Positions 36,890-46,889 of a DNA stretch of 64,000 nt are shown piece by piece. This DNA is from a virus (taxonomy: Duplodnaviria; Caudoviricetes): the IMG/VR virus record IMGVR_UViG_2863389319_000001, one strand, 5' to 3'. The first letter of the stretch is position 1, and every line of letters starts with the position of its first letter. Under the pieces are notes generated by a model. That model had not been told where the DNA came from and did no database searches. It saw only the letters and a program-made list of their open reading frames with translations. The translations under genes were made by a program, and so were the position numbers.

Positions 36890-38718
36890 TGACCACACCC
36901 GAGGACGACTTCACCGAACTTCGCGACGCCGACATCCCGCGCGTGGACCTCGTGGACAAGGCCGCGAACGGCACCCGGTTCCTGATCGCGAAGAAGGAGA
37001 GCGGCGGCCAGGCCGGCCTTCTGAACGCCGACTTCGTCCGCGACCTGATCGGCAAGTCCGCGCCCGCCCCCGCACCGGAGGAGACGGTGACGATGACCGG
37101 CAGCCCATCGGCAATCGCCAAGCTCATCCACGAAGCCGCACTGCGTAAGGCCGAAGTGAGCACCGCCGACCAGAACGACATGCCGGACAGCGACTTCGCC
37201 TACATCGAGCCCGGAGGCAAGAAGGACGACGAGGGCAAGACCATGCCGCGGTCGCTCCGCCACTTCCCCATCAACGACGCAGCGCACGTCCGCAATGCTC
37301 TCTCCCGCGCACCCCAGTCCCCGTTCGGCGACAAGGCGATGCCGAAGATCCGGGCCGCAGCGAAGAAACTCGGAATCGAGGTATCCAAGATGATCGGTGG
37401 CGACCTGGACGAGGGCGTCGACGGCATGGACCCCACAGTGGTCCTAGCCGCACCCGAAGACGACGACGCCCCAGGTGACCCCAACGAGCCCGGCTCACCG
37501 GCATGGGAGGCCATCGATGCGGCCACCGCCCAGAAATGGACGTCGATCGCGGTGCGTCTCCAGAACGCGCTCGGCGTCATGGCGGAACGCGAACTTCTCG
37601 AGGCGGCATCCGCCGACCCGGACGACGCGGAATCCGCCTGGGACCTGCAGGACGCCCAGTGCGCCCTCGACTACGTGATCTGCGTCCTCGCCGGGTTCGC
37701 CGTCGGCGAGCAGGGAGAGGCCGAACTCGCCACCGAGGCCATGGACTCCATCGGAAAGGCCCTTGGCCACTTCGACGCCTCACCCCTGGACACGATCGAG
37801 GCGCTGAGCACGGTCACCAAGGCGGGCCGAGTCCTCAGCGCGGCCAACGAGGCCTCGATCCGGACCGCCGCCGAGCACCTGCAGAAGGTCCTCGCCAGCT
37901 TGCCCGCCGCACCCGTCGAGAAGGAGAGCGGCCGGACGGTCGCCAAGACCGCCAACGAGGAGTCCGACATGCCCGAGCCGACCACCGCTGCGGAGACCGC
38001 TCAGGCTTCCGGTCAGGAGCCTGCCATGGGCAGCCAGGAGCCCATGGCCAAGGCCGACGGCGACAAGCCCAAGATGGTCGCTGTCTATGACAAGAACGGC
38101 AACCTCGTCGGAGTCGTCGACCCGACCGAGATCACGGTGATCGAGGGTGCAGGATCCGACGCCAATGGCTCCGGCGATGACGCCCCGGACGCTGACGCCC
38201 CGGACGACACGGCCGGCGACGACACCCAGCCCGCCGACCTCACGCCGCAGCCTGCGGCCGATGCTGGCACCCCCGCTGACGCCGTCCCCGACGACGACAG
38301 CGACGACAACGCAGTCTCCAAGACCATCAACGACACGACCTCGGAAGACGTGCTCAAGATCATCGCCACCGACTCTGCTGCAGCAGCCATCGCCGACTAC
38401 AGCGCCACACAGGAGCAGGTCATCGCCAAGCAGGCGGCCGACCTCGCTCAGCTGGCGGACACCGTCGAGAAGCTGACCGGGCTGGTCAAGGCGCTGGAAG
38501 AGCAGCCCGCCGCACCACGTGTGTTCACCAACGGAGCCGTCCCGCCTGCGCACCAACTGCGCGGCCAGGACCGAGGCGCCCCGGCCCTCGACAACAACAG
38601 GGCTCAGGAACTCAAGAAGGGCCTCTACGGCGGCGTCGATGCGGCAGAGCAGAACCGCATCCACAACACCATGCAGGCCGAGGCCATCGCCGCGCTCCAG
38701 GCGATCCACCGGGCGTAA
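36889..38718 (+). CDS. scaffold/capsid maturation protein
   Basis: VDLVDKAAN start, RHFPINDAAHVRNALSR domain, acidic coiled coils; directly before the capsid gene. Confidence 0.7.
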   Translation: MTTPEDDFTELRDADIPRVDLVDKAANGTRFLIAKKESGGQAGLLNADFVRDLIGKSAPAPAPEETVTMTGSPSAIAKLIHEAALRKAEVSTADQNDMPDSDFAYIEPGGKKDDEGKTMPRSLRHFPINDAAHVRNALSRAPQSPFGDKAMPKIRAAAKKLGIEVSKMIGGDLDEGVDGMDPTVVLAAPEDDDAPGDPNEPGSPAWEAIDAATAQKWTSIAVRLQNALGVMAERELLEAASADPDDAESAWDLQDAQCALDYVICVLAGFAVGEQGEAELATEAMDSIGKALGHFDASPLDTIEALSTVTKAGRVLSAANEASIRTAAEHLQKVLASLPAAPVEKESGRTVAKTANEESDMPEPTTAAETAQASGQEPAMGSQEPMAKADGDKPKMVAVYDKNGNLVGVVDPTEITVIEGAGSDANGSGDDAPDADAPDDTAGDDTQPADLTPQPAADAGTPADAVPDDDSDDNAVSKTINDTTSEDVLKIIATDSAAAAIADYSATQEQVIAKQAADLAQLADTVEKLTGLVKALEEQPAAPRVFTNGAVPPAHQLRGQDRGAPALDNNRAQELKKGLYGGVDAAEQNRIHNTMQAEAIAALQAIHRA

Positions 38719-38793
38719 CGCCCCAGCTGCCACAGACCAAGCCCCCGAACTGCCCAACGGCGCGGGGGCTTTCGCATGCCCAGGAGGCACCCC

Positions 38794-40296
38794 TTGAGCA
38801 ACATGCAGGACATCTCCGAGGAGACCCTCGGCGCACTCGCGGCCATCACCAAGGCCCAGACCACCGGCATCACCACCTCGACCGGCATCACCTCGTTCGA
38901 CCTGTCGCCGCTCGTCACCCTCGTCCCCGTCGTGACCCCGTTCAGGGACATCGTGACGCGCACGAAGAGCCCCGACGGCAACAAGTACGCGGTGTGGCGC
39001 AGCATCCTCAACGCGACGAACGCCCAGCCCGATCCGAGCATCCCGTTCGACTACGCCGCGAACGAGGTCATCTTCAATGAGCAGGACTTCCAAGCGGCCT
39101 ACAAGGGCACGGGCCTGGCCGGCATGGTCACGCAGGACGCCTACGACCTGGCGATGGGCTACGACGACCCGTACGCGACGGCGACGTTCAACACCCTCAA
39201 TCAAGTGTTGATCGGCGACGACCGCAAGCTTCTCGGTGCGCAGAGCTTCGCGCTCGCCCAGCCTGCCGCGCCGTCACTCACCCAGCACGCCACTGGCGGC
39301 ACCATCGGCGCCGTCCAGGTGTACGTCGGCGTCGCCGCGCGCACCGGCTCCGGCTACTACTACGGCTCCGGCAACTCCCAGGGCAACAGCAACTCGACGA
39401 CGTTCGGCAGCGGCAGCACCAACTCGGTGTCCGCCACAGTCACCGCCGTGCGCGGCGCGGTCTGCTACGACTGGTTCCAGAGCGCGAACGGCTCGACCTG
39501 GTACTACTACACGACCACCACCGTCAACGCCGTCACCATGACCCGGGTCATCTCCGCCAACAACACGCTGCCGACCGGCACCGCCGTCCCGGACCTGACC
39601 ACCGTGTGGAAGGGAACCGCCAGCAGCGTCCCGACCTACCTGTCGTCCGGCGACAACGGATCCGCGAACACGGCCGACTACGACGGCCTCCTCGCGTCGC
39701 TGTCCGGCGACTACAACGGCTCCGGGCAGTGGGTGCAACCTGGCACCGGCACCGCGAACCCGTCGATCGCCAACTCGCTGGACGGCGCGGCGCTCACCCT
39801 GTCCGGTGGTTCCGTCACAGAGATCGAGAACCTGCTGTTCCTGCCCCTGTGGCAGCAGGTCAAGTGCAGCCCCACCGCGCTCATGATGAACGCCGCGCAG
39901 GCGCAGGAGATCGCGAACCTGGTTCTCGGCGGTTCGTCCGCGACGACATTCCTCAACACCGACGCGAGCGGCCGTATCTCGGTGACCGCAGGTGGCCGGG
40001 TCGGGGAGCTCGTCAATGCCCCGGCCGGCGGTGTGACCGTCCCGATCGAGGTCCACGTCTCCCTCCCGCCCGGCACAATCATCGCGCGAACGGACCGAGT
40101 TCCGTTCCCGCAGGCCAATATCGGCAGCGTCCTCGAATACCGAGCCCTGCGCGACATGGTCCAGTTCGACTACGGCGTCAACAGGATCGCGAACACGGCC
40201 GGCGGCGGCCCGAGGCGCGAATTCGAGATCAAGTCCATGGGCGCCTTCCTGAACAAAGCTCCTGTCGCGATGGCTTCGCTCACGAACGTGAGCTGA
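38794..40296 (+). CDS. major capsid protein with inserted beta-rich domain
   Basis: AGGAGG RBS plus TTG start; LVPVVTPFRD, YDGLL, PTALMMN; position after scaffold. Confidence 0.8.
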   Translation: MSNMQDISEETLGALAAITKAQTTGITTSTGITSFDLSPLVTLVPVVTPFRDIVTRTKSPDGNKYAVWRSILNATNAQPDPSIPFDYAANEVIFNEQDFQAAYKGTGLAGMVTQDAYDLAMGYDDPYATATFNTLNQVLIGDDRKLLGAQSFALAQPAAPSLTQHATGGTIGAVQVYVGVAARTGSGYYYGSGNSQGNSNSTTFGSGSTNSVSATVTAVRGAVCYDWFQSANGSTWYYYTTTTVNAVTMTRVISANNTLPTGTAVPDLTTVWKGTASSVPTYLSSGDNGSANTADYDGLLASLSGDYNGSGQWVQPGTGTANPSIANSLDGAALTLSGGSVTEIENLLFLPLWQQVKCSPTALMMNAAQAQEIANLVLGGSSATTFLNTDASGRISVTAGGRVGELVNAPAGGVTVPIEVHVSLPPGTIIARTDRVPFPQANIGSVLEYRALRDMVQFDYGVNRIANTAGGGPRREFEIKSMGAFLNKAPVAMASLTNVS

Positions 40297-40328
40297 ATTG
40301 CCATCAGATCCCGTGTTAAGATAAACGG

Positions 40329-41036
40329 GTGAAGCGATGCACCAAGTGCGAAGTCGAGAAGCCCTTAGAGGGCTTCCACAAGTCAGCCAGGTCGCCCGAC
40401 GGGCGGCAGTATTGGTGCAAGCCGTGCGCCATTGCTGCCGCCCGCGAGCGAGCACTCCGCAATCCTGATGCCAAGCGCGAAGCCGACCGGAAGTACGCCG
40501 CTTCGGAGAAGAATAAGGCCAACCGCAAGGCGCGCCGCGAGGGCCCGCAGCGAGAAGTAATCCTTGAGCAGAAGCGCCAGTCCTGGGAGCGTCACAAAGA
40601 GGAGAACGCCCGGCGCGCACGTGAGGCTCGGGCCGCTGAACCGGAGCGGTTCAAGGAGTACTACCAGCGAAAGTACGCCGCCAACAAGGAAAAGATCCTT
40701 GCGCAAAATCGCAAGTGGGCGGTGGCGAACCGCGAGAGAGTCCGTGCCTACCGTCGCCAGCGGTCCTACGGGATAACCCCGGAGGAGTTTGACCGGAAGA
40801 TCCTGGATCAGAACGGCCGCTGTGAGATCTGCGGCATAGAGATGCATCTGATGGACGAACGCATCAAGGGCGGGACCACCCGAACCGGGATCTGCGTCGA
40901 CCACTGCCACAAGACCGGAGTCGTCCGAGGACTGATCTGCAGCGGATGCAACAAGGGCCTTGGCTACTTCAAGGATGACCCGGCTCGACTCAAGGCGGCA
41001 GCCGGGTATATCGCCAAGTACCAGCAGAGCTCGTAG
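40329..41036 (+). CDS. endonuclease VII-type homing endonuclease
   Basis: KRCTKC, YGIT.EEF...QNGRCEIC, VDHCHKTG.VRGLICSGCNKGLG. Confidence 0.92.
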   Translation: MKRCTKCEVEKPLEGFHKSARSPDGRQYWCKPCAIAAARERALRNPDAKREADRKYAASEKNKANRKARREGPQREVILEQKRQSWERHKEENARRAREARAAEPERFKEYYQRKYAANKEKILAQNRKWAVANRERVRAYRRQRSYGITPEEFDRKILDQNGRCEICGIEMHLMDERIKGGTTRTGICVDHCHKTGVVRGLICSGCNKGLGYFKDDPARLKAAAGYIAKYQQSS

Positions 41037-41111
41037 CTCACGGAAATCAGCCGCCCCGAAGGCCGGGAGCATGAAGCTCTCGGCCTTCGTCATGTCCAGC
41101 CGAGGAGGCTT

Positions 41112-41561
41112 GTGATGCCGATCCCGCCGCCCCGCGCTGGCGTGCCGATGCCCAACTTCACCGCGACACAGGAACTCTTCCGGGCCGATGGCCTGACCCT
41201 GAACGGCAACTCGGACACGGTCACCGCGAACGTCAAGAACCAGGTGAACAACGCGACCGGCGGCTTGATCGACGTGTCCTCGGTCGCGAACGGCTTGCTC
41301 GTCGTGAACGTGGCGAACGCACCGTCGGGTTCATCGCCCGGCTTGGCAGTGTTCTTCGACGTACAGGACGCCTACGGGAACTGGTGCCTGACATCGAATC
41401 CCACGGCGATCTCGGGGGCGGTTCTCAATTTCGCTGCCGTCGTCTACGGGCAGATCTCGACTGGTTACAACCTGACCTATGCGGGCCGGATCCGCTGGGT
41501 CGTCACTGGAACCGGCGGCCCCATGTTCAGCGGCGTCTCGTTCAGCCTCTTCGGCCGCTGA
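41112..41561 (+). CDS. putative head decoration/structural protein
   Basis: Beta-rich; in the head module. Confidence 0.6.
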   Translation: MMPIPPPRAGVPMPNFTATQELFRADGLTLNGNSDTVTANVKNQVNNATGGLIDVSSVANGLLVVNVANAPSGSSPGLAVFFDVQDAYGNWCLTSNPTAISGAVLNFAAVVYGQISTGYNLTYAGRIRWVVTGTGGPMFSGVSFSLFGR

Positions 41562-41602
41562 GCTGGCCGCCTTCCACCACCCTCACCCCCCAAGGAGCAG
41601 GC

Positions 41603-41953
41603 ATGCACCTGTATACGCTTACGGGCGCAGTCGCGCTCGACGACCCCGAGTTCGGCCACTTTGACGCCGACGAGCAGGGCGGATTCGACCTTCCCGACGA
41701 GCTGTCCGACAGGCTCCACCGGTTCGCGTTCCGCGGCAAGCCCGCGTGGGAGACGGACGTCGAGCATCAGCGCAGGTTGATGGCCGAGGAGTTGGAGCGG
41801 CGCAAGGACCCGGCGACGCTCCTTGGCGTAGTCGAGCAACTGATGAAGGCGGCCCAGCAGGCTGCCGCCCCGCAGGTGGCCTCCCCTGTCGTTGACGCTG
41901 TGCCGGTGCGGCGCGCCTCGAGGCGTGGGGTATCGGCCGTTCCTGCTGAGTAG
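41603..41953 (+). CDS. hypothetical virion-assembly protein
   Basis: AAGGAG RBS. Confidence 0.65.
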   Translation: MHLYTLTGAVALDDPEFGHFDADEQGGFDLPDELSDRLHRFAFRGKPAWETDVEHQRRLMAEELERRKDPATLLGVVEQLMKAAQQAAAPQVASPVVDAVPVRRASRRGVSAVPAE

Positions 41954-42012
41954 ACCCTTCGCGTTCGCCAGCGACGGCGTCACAATCCGACTTCGCGTGA
42001 ACGGTGGTGACC

Positions 42013-42939
42013 ATGCCTGGCACGCCTTACGTCACGCCGGCCATGCTGACGTCGGCCCCGGCCGGCATCTCGTGGGCCGTTGTTCCGACGCTCACCGCGA
42101 GCGCCCAGACCCAGACGGCGCAACTCGCGCAGGTGTGCTGGCAGGCGACGTCGGCCGTGGACCGGTACTGCCTGCAGCCGCTGCGCGCCACGGTCAACAC
42201 CGAGACGGGCAGCGGTCCCGGGCTGCCGCGCATCGCCTCGGACCGGGCCACACGCAAGGGCACCATCGTGACGCGCCGCTGGCCCGTCACCTCGGTGGCC
42301 GCGATCCAGACGTCACCTGCTAGCGCATATCCGGAGCAGTGGACGCTGGTGCCGTCGGGGCAGTGGAGGGTGCGCACCCCGCCGATCTTGTCGGCGGCTC
42401 CTACTCCCTCAACGGGCCCGACGGGTGGAAATGTCATCGATGTGGCGCCTGGCTACATCACGTGGGGCCGCGGCAAGGGCGGCTGGGACGTGATGACGTC
42501 CTATCTGTCCGGGTGGCCGCACGCCGGCCTGTCAGCGGCAGTCTCGGCAGGGGCCGAATCCCTGACCGTGGACGACGTAACCGGCTGGACCGGCTCGGTC
42601 GGGTTCCTGTACGACGGGATTTCGACGGAGCTGGTCGAGGTGACCGCGGCCGCGGCGACAGTCCCGGTGCAACTGCCGGGTGTCGCGGGCACGGTGCAGG
42701 CGGGCCCGGGGACGCTGACTTTGGCCGGGCCGCTCGGTTTCCAGCACAGTGCCGGCGCGGTGTTGTCGGCGCTTCCCCCGGATGTGATCCGGGCGGCTGC
42801 GCTGCAGGCCTCGGTGATGGCGCTGGAGACGATCGACGCGATCGCCACGCAGTCGCTGTCGGGGCGGATGGCGGGCGGCACCGGGGTGCTCGCGGAGGAG
42901 GTCGAGATGATCCTGGACAACTACCGCCGGGTCGCCTAA
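42013..42939 (+). CDS. head-tail adaptor
   Basis: PYVTP, ATSAVDRYC, LPPDVIRAA, ILDNYRR. Confidence 0.7.
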   Translation: MPGTPYVTPAMLTSAPAGISWAVVPTLTASAQTQTAQLAQVCWQATSAVDRYCLQPLRATVNTETGSGPGLPRIASDRATRKGTIVTRRWPVTSVAAIQTSPASAYPEQWTLVPSGQWRVRTPPILSAAPTPSTGPTGGNVIDVAPGYITWGRGKGGWDVMTSYLSGWPHAGLSAAVSAGAESLTVDDVTGWTGSVGFLYDGISTELVEVTAAAATVPVQLPGVAGTVQAGPGTLTLAGPLGFQHSAGAVLSALPPDVIRAAALQASVMALETIDAIATQSLSGRMAGGTGVLAEEVEMILDNYRRVA

Positions 42940-43349
42940 TGGCCAGGGCCCGCAGTGCACGAGGCGGCTCCGGTGGCGCCACGGGCCCTACCGGTGTACT
43001 GAGGTTCTGGAACCGCACGATCACGATCATGCGGGGTACGTCGGCGAACCCGTACGGGGACCAATCCGACGTGGGCATCCCCATGTACAGCGGCGTGCAG
43101 GCGGCGATCGCCGAAACCGAGCAGACCGTGTTCGACGCGGCAACCCAGCGGCAGCAAATCATCCGGGCGGTCACCTGCACGGTCCCGGCCTGGGTGGACG
43201 TCCTGACGACGGACACCCTGCAGGACGAGCTCACCGGCTACTTCTACATGATCGAGTCGATCGAGTCGGAGCCCGGCATCGGCTACTACCCGCCACCCAA
43301 AACCCTGACCCTGCGCATGCGTTCCGGCGTCAGCATCGGCTCGGACTAG
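42939..43349 (+). CDS. head closure/stopper protein
   Basis: TITIMRG..NPYGD pattern; position. Confidence 0.65.
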   Translation: MARARSARGGSGGATGPTGVLRFWNRTITIMRGTSANPYGDQSDVGIPMYSGVQAAIAETEQTVFDAATQRQQIIRAVTCTVPAWVDVLTTDTLQDELTGYFYMIESIESEPGIGYYPPPKTLTLRMRSGVSIGSD

Positions 43350-43357
43350 GAGGCCCC

Positions 43358-43738
43358 ATGGCCAACCGCGTCGACATCGACGACTCCTGGCAGGCCCAGG
43401 TCGGCGCCGCCGTCGAGGCGCTCTTCCAGGCCCGACTCGGCCCCGACATTGTCCGCGACGCCAAACGGTACTGCCCCGAACGCACCGGAGCACTACAGGA
43501 GTCGATCGAACACCACCTCGAAGACGGCGACCTGATCGTCTCCGCGACCGGCGGCGACGACGGCCGCACCTACGCCGCCTACGTCGAGCTGGGCACCCGG
43601 CCGCACGAGATCCGGCCCGTGCGCAAGCAGGCGCTGTTCTGGGCCGGGGCCGCGCATCCGGTCGGGAAGGTCGACCATCCGGGGACGAGGCCAATGCCTT
43701 TTTTGCGCCCGGCCCTCTTCCAGGAACGCAGCGAGTAG
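43358..43738 (+). CDS. HK97 gp10-like neck protein
   Basis: AKRYCPERTGALQESI, YAAYVELGT, PFLRPAL. Confidence 0.85.
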   Translation: MANRVDIDDSWQAQVGAAVEALFQARLGPDIVRDAKRYCPERTGALQESIEHHLEDGDLIVSATGGDDGRTYAAYVELGTRPHEIRPVRKQALFWAGAAHPVGKVDHPGTRPMPFLRPALFQERSE

Positions 43739-43756
43739 CCGCACGGGGGGTGAGCA

Positions 43757-44254
43757 ATGTCCACTCCGCTTCCCCTTCTACCCAACGACGAGCTGGTGGG
43801 GGTCTCATGGATCGCCTCGATCCCGGGCCTGTCGACTGCGATGGTCGGCACCCAACTGCCCCCGGACGTGAACGCCGACGGCTCGACAGCCACGTGGATC
43901 AGCACTGGCTTTATCACCGTGTCCGTCGTCGGCGGCAACCCTGACCCGCTTCTACCGGTCAACCGACCAGTCCTGCAGGTCGATTGCTGGGCGACCGTCC
44001 CCGGCTCCAACAAGCCGCCGTGGCTCAAAGCCGCAGCGCTCGCATCGACCATCCGGTATGCGACATGGGATCGGATCCGCGGACCGCGGCCACTAAGCGC
44101 CACCATCAACGGCGCCGAATACCCGCTCGCGGTCGCCCAGGGCGCCTACCTCGCAACGGCGTTCCGCCGGATCTACGACGACCAGGGGGACTACGCCCGC
44201 TACCAGGCGGATCTGGCGCTCTCCTGGATTGCCCCCGCCGACGTTTTCGACTGA
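43757..44254 (+). CDS. tail terminator
   Basis: LQVDCWA, RYQADL; position before the tail tube gene. Confidence 0.7.
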   Translation: MSTPLPLLPNDELVGVSWIASIPGLSTAMVGTQLPPDVNADGSTATWISTGFITVSVVGGNPDPLLPVNRPVLQVDCWATVPGSNKPPWLKAAALASTIRYATWDRIRGPRPLSATINGAEYPLAVAQGAYLATAFRRIYDDQGDYARYQADLALSWIAPADVFD

Positions 44255-44265
44255 GAGGACCACAC

Positions 44266-44439
44266 ATGCCCGACCTCGTCACGGTCAGGGTGAGCATGTT
44301 TGCCGACCCGATCCAGGTCCCGCCCGACGAGGTCGAGGCACTGCGGTCGCAGGGCTTGCTCGTGCCTGACCTCGAACCGGCGCCTGCGGCCGTCGAGCCG
44401 CCGCCCACAGCGACATCGACCAAGAAGGACGCGTCATGA
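44266..44439 (+). CDS. small hypothetical protein
   Basis: MPDLVTVRVSMF..., GAGGA RBS. Confidence 0.55.
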   Translation: MPDLVTVRVSMFADPIQVPPDEVEALRSQGLLVPDLEPAPAAVEPPPTATSTKKDAS

Positions 44440-44798
44440 CTCTGCTCACGCTCACCCCGACGCAACTGCCGCGGACCGGCTCCTCCGCGCCGCTCAATCT
44501 CACGACCCTGATTGCGGCTGGCACGCTGGGCTCGAACAGCGGCGTGACGTGGGCCAATACCGGGCGTGAGTTCCTGGTAATCGCCGTCGCGTCCGGCGGT
44601 TCGACCTGCTCGATCCCGATCGGTACGACGATCGAGGGACAGGCAGTGGCCCCGCTCACGCCGACCTTGACCGCGTCCGCAACGAACGTCATCGGCCCAT
44701 TCCCAACGGACGAGACGCTCAATGGCGTGATGACCGTGAACTTCGGGACCGCGGCCAACGTCACTGTCGCCCTCGTGCAGTACGTCGGCGTCATCTGA
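44436..44798 (+). CDS. putative structural protein
   Basis: Beta-rich 120 aa. Confidence 0.65.
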   Translation: MTLLTLTPTQLPRTGSSAPLNLTTLIAAGTLGSNSGVTWANTGREFLVIAVASGGSTCSIPIGTTIEGQAVAPLTPTLTASATNVIGPFPTDETLNGVMTVNFGTAANVTVALVQYVGVI

Positions 44799-44881
44799 GC
44801 CCCGAGCACCACCCGCAGGCCCGCCTCGTGCGGGCCTTCTTCATGCCCGCGCCCGGCTGTGGCGCCTGACCCATCAAGGGG

Positions 44882-45481
44882 ATGGTCCCTGTGGCAGTGA
44901 ATGCCGCCAATCTCGTACTCGGTCCGGCGCGCCTGTACGTCGCGCCGTTTGGTTCCACAGAGCCTCTCGACTCTGCCGTCACCCCCAACGGCCCGACGAA
45001 TCCCCCAAGTTCACCCTGGACGGATGTGGGCGGCACTGACGGCGGCGTCACGTTCGAAACGGACAATACGTACACCGACTTGCAGGTGGATCAGTTGACC
45101 ATGATGGTCGGCTCCCGGTTGACGGCCATGAAGATGACCGTGACCGCGAAGCTCTCCGAAATGACGCTGACCAACCTGAACGCGGCGCTCAACAACATCT
45201 CCACGCTGTCCGTTCAGACGGGCTACACCACGATGGACATCCCGGTCGGGACCTCCTCCACTCAGCCGGCTTACGCCGCGCTGCTGATCGACGGCTGGGC
45301 TCCGACACTGGCGACGGGCGCCCCTGCACTCCGACGGATCATCGTCAGGAAGGTGCTGTCGCAAGTCAAGGCGTCTCTGTCCTACGACAAGAAGACCCAA
45401 CAGTCGCTGGATTGCACGTTCACGGCGTACTACGTCAGCGGCTCCATCGCGCCCGTGCACATCGTCGATCAAACTCAGTGA
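44882..45481 (+). CDS. major tail (tube) protein
   Basis: NLVLGPARLYVAP, WTDVGGTDGGV, VDQ. Confidence 0.85.
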   Translation: MVPVAVNAANLVLGPARLYVAPFGSTEPLDSAVTPNGPTNPPSSPWTDVGGTDGGVTFETDNTYTDLQVDQLTMMVGSRLTAMKMTVTAKLSEMTLTNLNAALNNISTLSVQTGYTTMDIPVGTSSTQPAYAALLIDGWAPTLATGAPALRRIIVRKVLSQVKASLSYDKKTQQSLDCTFTAYYVSGSIAPVHIVDQTQ

Positions 45482-45486
45482 TTGAC

Positions 45487-46080
45487 ATGATCAAAACGCC
45501 AACTGTGCAACAGGAAGGCGCAATTCAATTCGAGTACCTGCCCGACGGTCGCGGCCTTCTCAGGCCGCATGTGCTCATAGTCTGTGAAGGCTGCAGCAAA
45601 GAGGCCCTTGTACGCGCCGACGGATCAAGGCGGTTCTGCTCAAAGAGTTGCTCGACCTTAATCCAGCACGCCGAAGGGCGCAGCAGGCAGCTCAGCGGAA
45701 TCGAGCACTACGCCTGGAAGGGCGCTAACGCCCAGTATCAGGCCCTGCATATGCGTGTCGCTCGTGCACGGGGCAGGGCCGACCACTGCGAATGGCGCGC
45801 AACTGCGGGCTGCAAGAGCCGCAAGCTTGAGTGGTCCCACGTTCACGAGACCGACCCGAGCGTGCCTCAGAACTACAGATCACTCTGCAAGACGTGCCAT
45901 CAAAGGTATGACAGCCAGACCGGCGCCGACCACGCGAACGCCAAGCTCACCGCACTGCAAGTCGAACTGATCCGTCAACGCTACAAAGCCGGCGGCACCA
46001 GCCAGCAAGCACTTGCGGATGAATATGGCGTCAGCCAGAGTGCCATCAGCCGGATTACCCGGCGAAGGCACTACCGCTGA
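45487..46080 (+). CDS. HNH-like homing endonuclease with Zn finger and C-terminal HTH
   Basis: CEGC...FCSKSC, LCKTCHQRYD, NAKLT...QQALADEYGVSQSAISRI; lower GC. Confidence 0.75.
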   Translation: MIKTPTVQQEGAIQFEYLPDGRGLLRPHVLIVCEGCSKEALVRADGSRRFCSKSCSTLIQHAEGRSRQLSGIEHYAWKGANAQYQALHMRVARARGRADHCEWRATAGCKSRKLEWSHVHETDPSVPQNYRSLCKTCHQRYDSQTGADHANAKLTALQVELIRQRYKAGGTSQQALADEYGVSQSAISRITRRRHYR

Positions 46081-46159
46081 CCAACACCACCCCCGAATTG
46101 AGCCCGGCATCCCACCTGATGCCGGGCTTTCTGCATCCCTCACCCCCAAGCGAGACACC

Positions 46160-46558
46160 ATGGCAGCAACCGTGAGAGCCAAGACACCCGCGAAGCGCCC
46201 CAGCCGCAGAGCGCAGGACCCGGCGCCCATCCCCACGGCCGGCGGGGCGGTCGCCTTCGAGCCGCCCCGCCTGACCACCAGCACGGCGCCCGCCGAGCGT
46301 GTACCGCTGTTCTACATCAACGACCGCGAGTACTCCGTCACGCTCAAGCCCGGAGTCAACGTCGGCCTCAAGTACCTACACCTGTCACGCCAGGTCGGCG
46401 AGGCCCAGGCCATGGACTACCTGCTGGAGAAGCTCCTCGGCGCCGAGGGCTACCAGGCACTGATGGACTACGACGACCTGACGCAGGAGCAGTTCCAGGG
46501 GATCTGCGAGATCGCCTCCAAGCTGACCGTGGGCGCGCTGGAGCTCCCAAAAGAGTGA
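46160..46558 (+). CDS. tail assembly chaperone (G)
   Basis: Between tail tube and tape measure; ends at the slippery site. Confidence 0.8.
   Translation: MAATVRAKTPAKRPSRRAQDPAPIPTAGGAVAFEPPRLTTSTAPAERVPLFYINDREYSVTLKPGVNVGLKYLHLSRQVGEAQAMDYLLEKLLGAEGYQALMDYDDLTQEQFQGICEIASKLTVGALELPKE
46546..46552 (+). other. programmed -1 ribosomal frameshift site C CCA AAA
   Basis: XXXYYYZ heptamer in the correct phase; the -1 frame reads R-V-T-E-R into the next ORF. Confidence 0.85.
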
Positions 46559-46872
46559 CCGAGCGGGTCCGGCAGCTGGCTTGGATGCTGGACTACCTGG
46601 ACGACATCGCCTCTGACCTGTCGGCGTTCCACCGGATCGACGATCCGGAACTCCTTTCTGGCCCGCGCTATTTTGCCCTGGCGTGGCGCCTTGCCGCCTA
46701 TCAAGGCGTGATGCAGTCCCGTGCGCTGGCGGCCCGCGATGAGCAGCCGGCATCGGGTGTCCCGTCGCACAGTCCGGCGCCCCGCGGCGACATCAACCCC
46801 GGTGTCAGGGCCACTTTGCAGGCCGAGCCCGCCTTTGCCGGCATCTTCAGCTTCGGAGCCGCCACCGTCTGA
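46555..46872 (+). CDS. tail assembly chaperone frameshift extension (GT)
   Basis: In the -1 frame relative to G. Confidence 0.8.
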   Translation: MTERVRQLAWMLDYLDDIASDLSAFHRIDDPELLSGPRYFALAWRLAAYQGVMQSRALAARDEQPASGVPSHSPAPRGDINPGVRATLQAEPAFAGIFSFGAATV

Positions 46873-46889
46873 TCCACGAGGAGGCCGAG

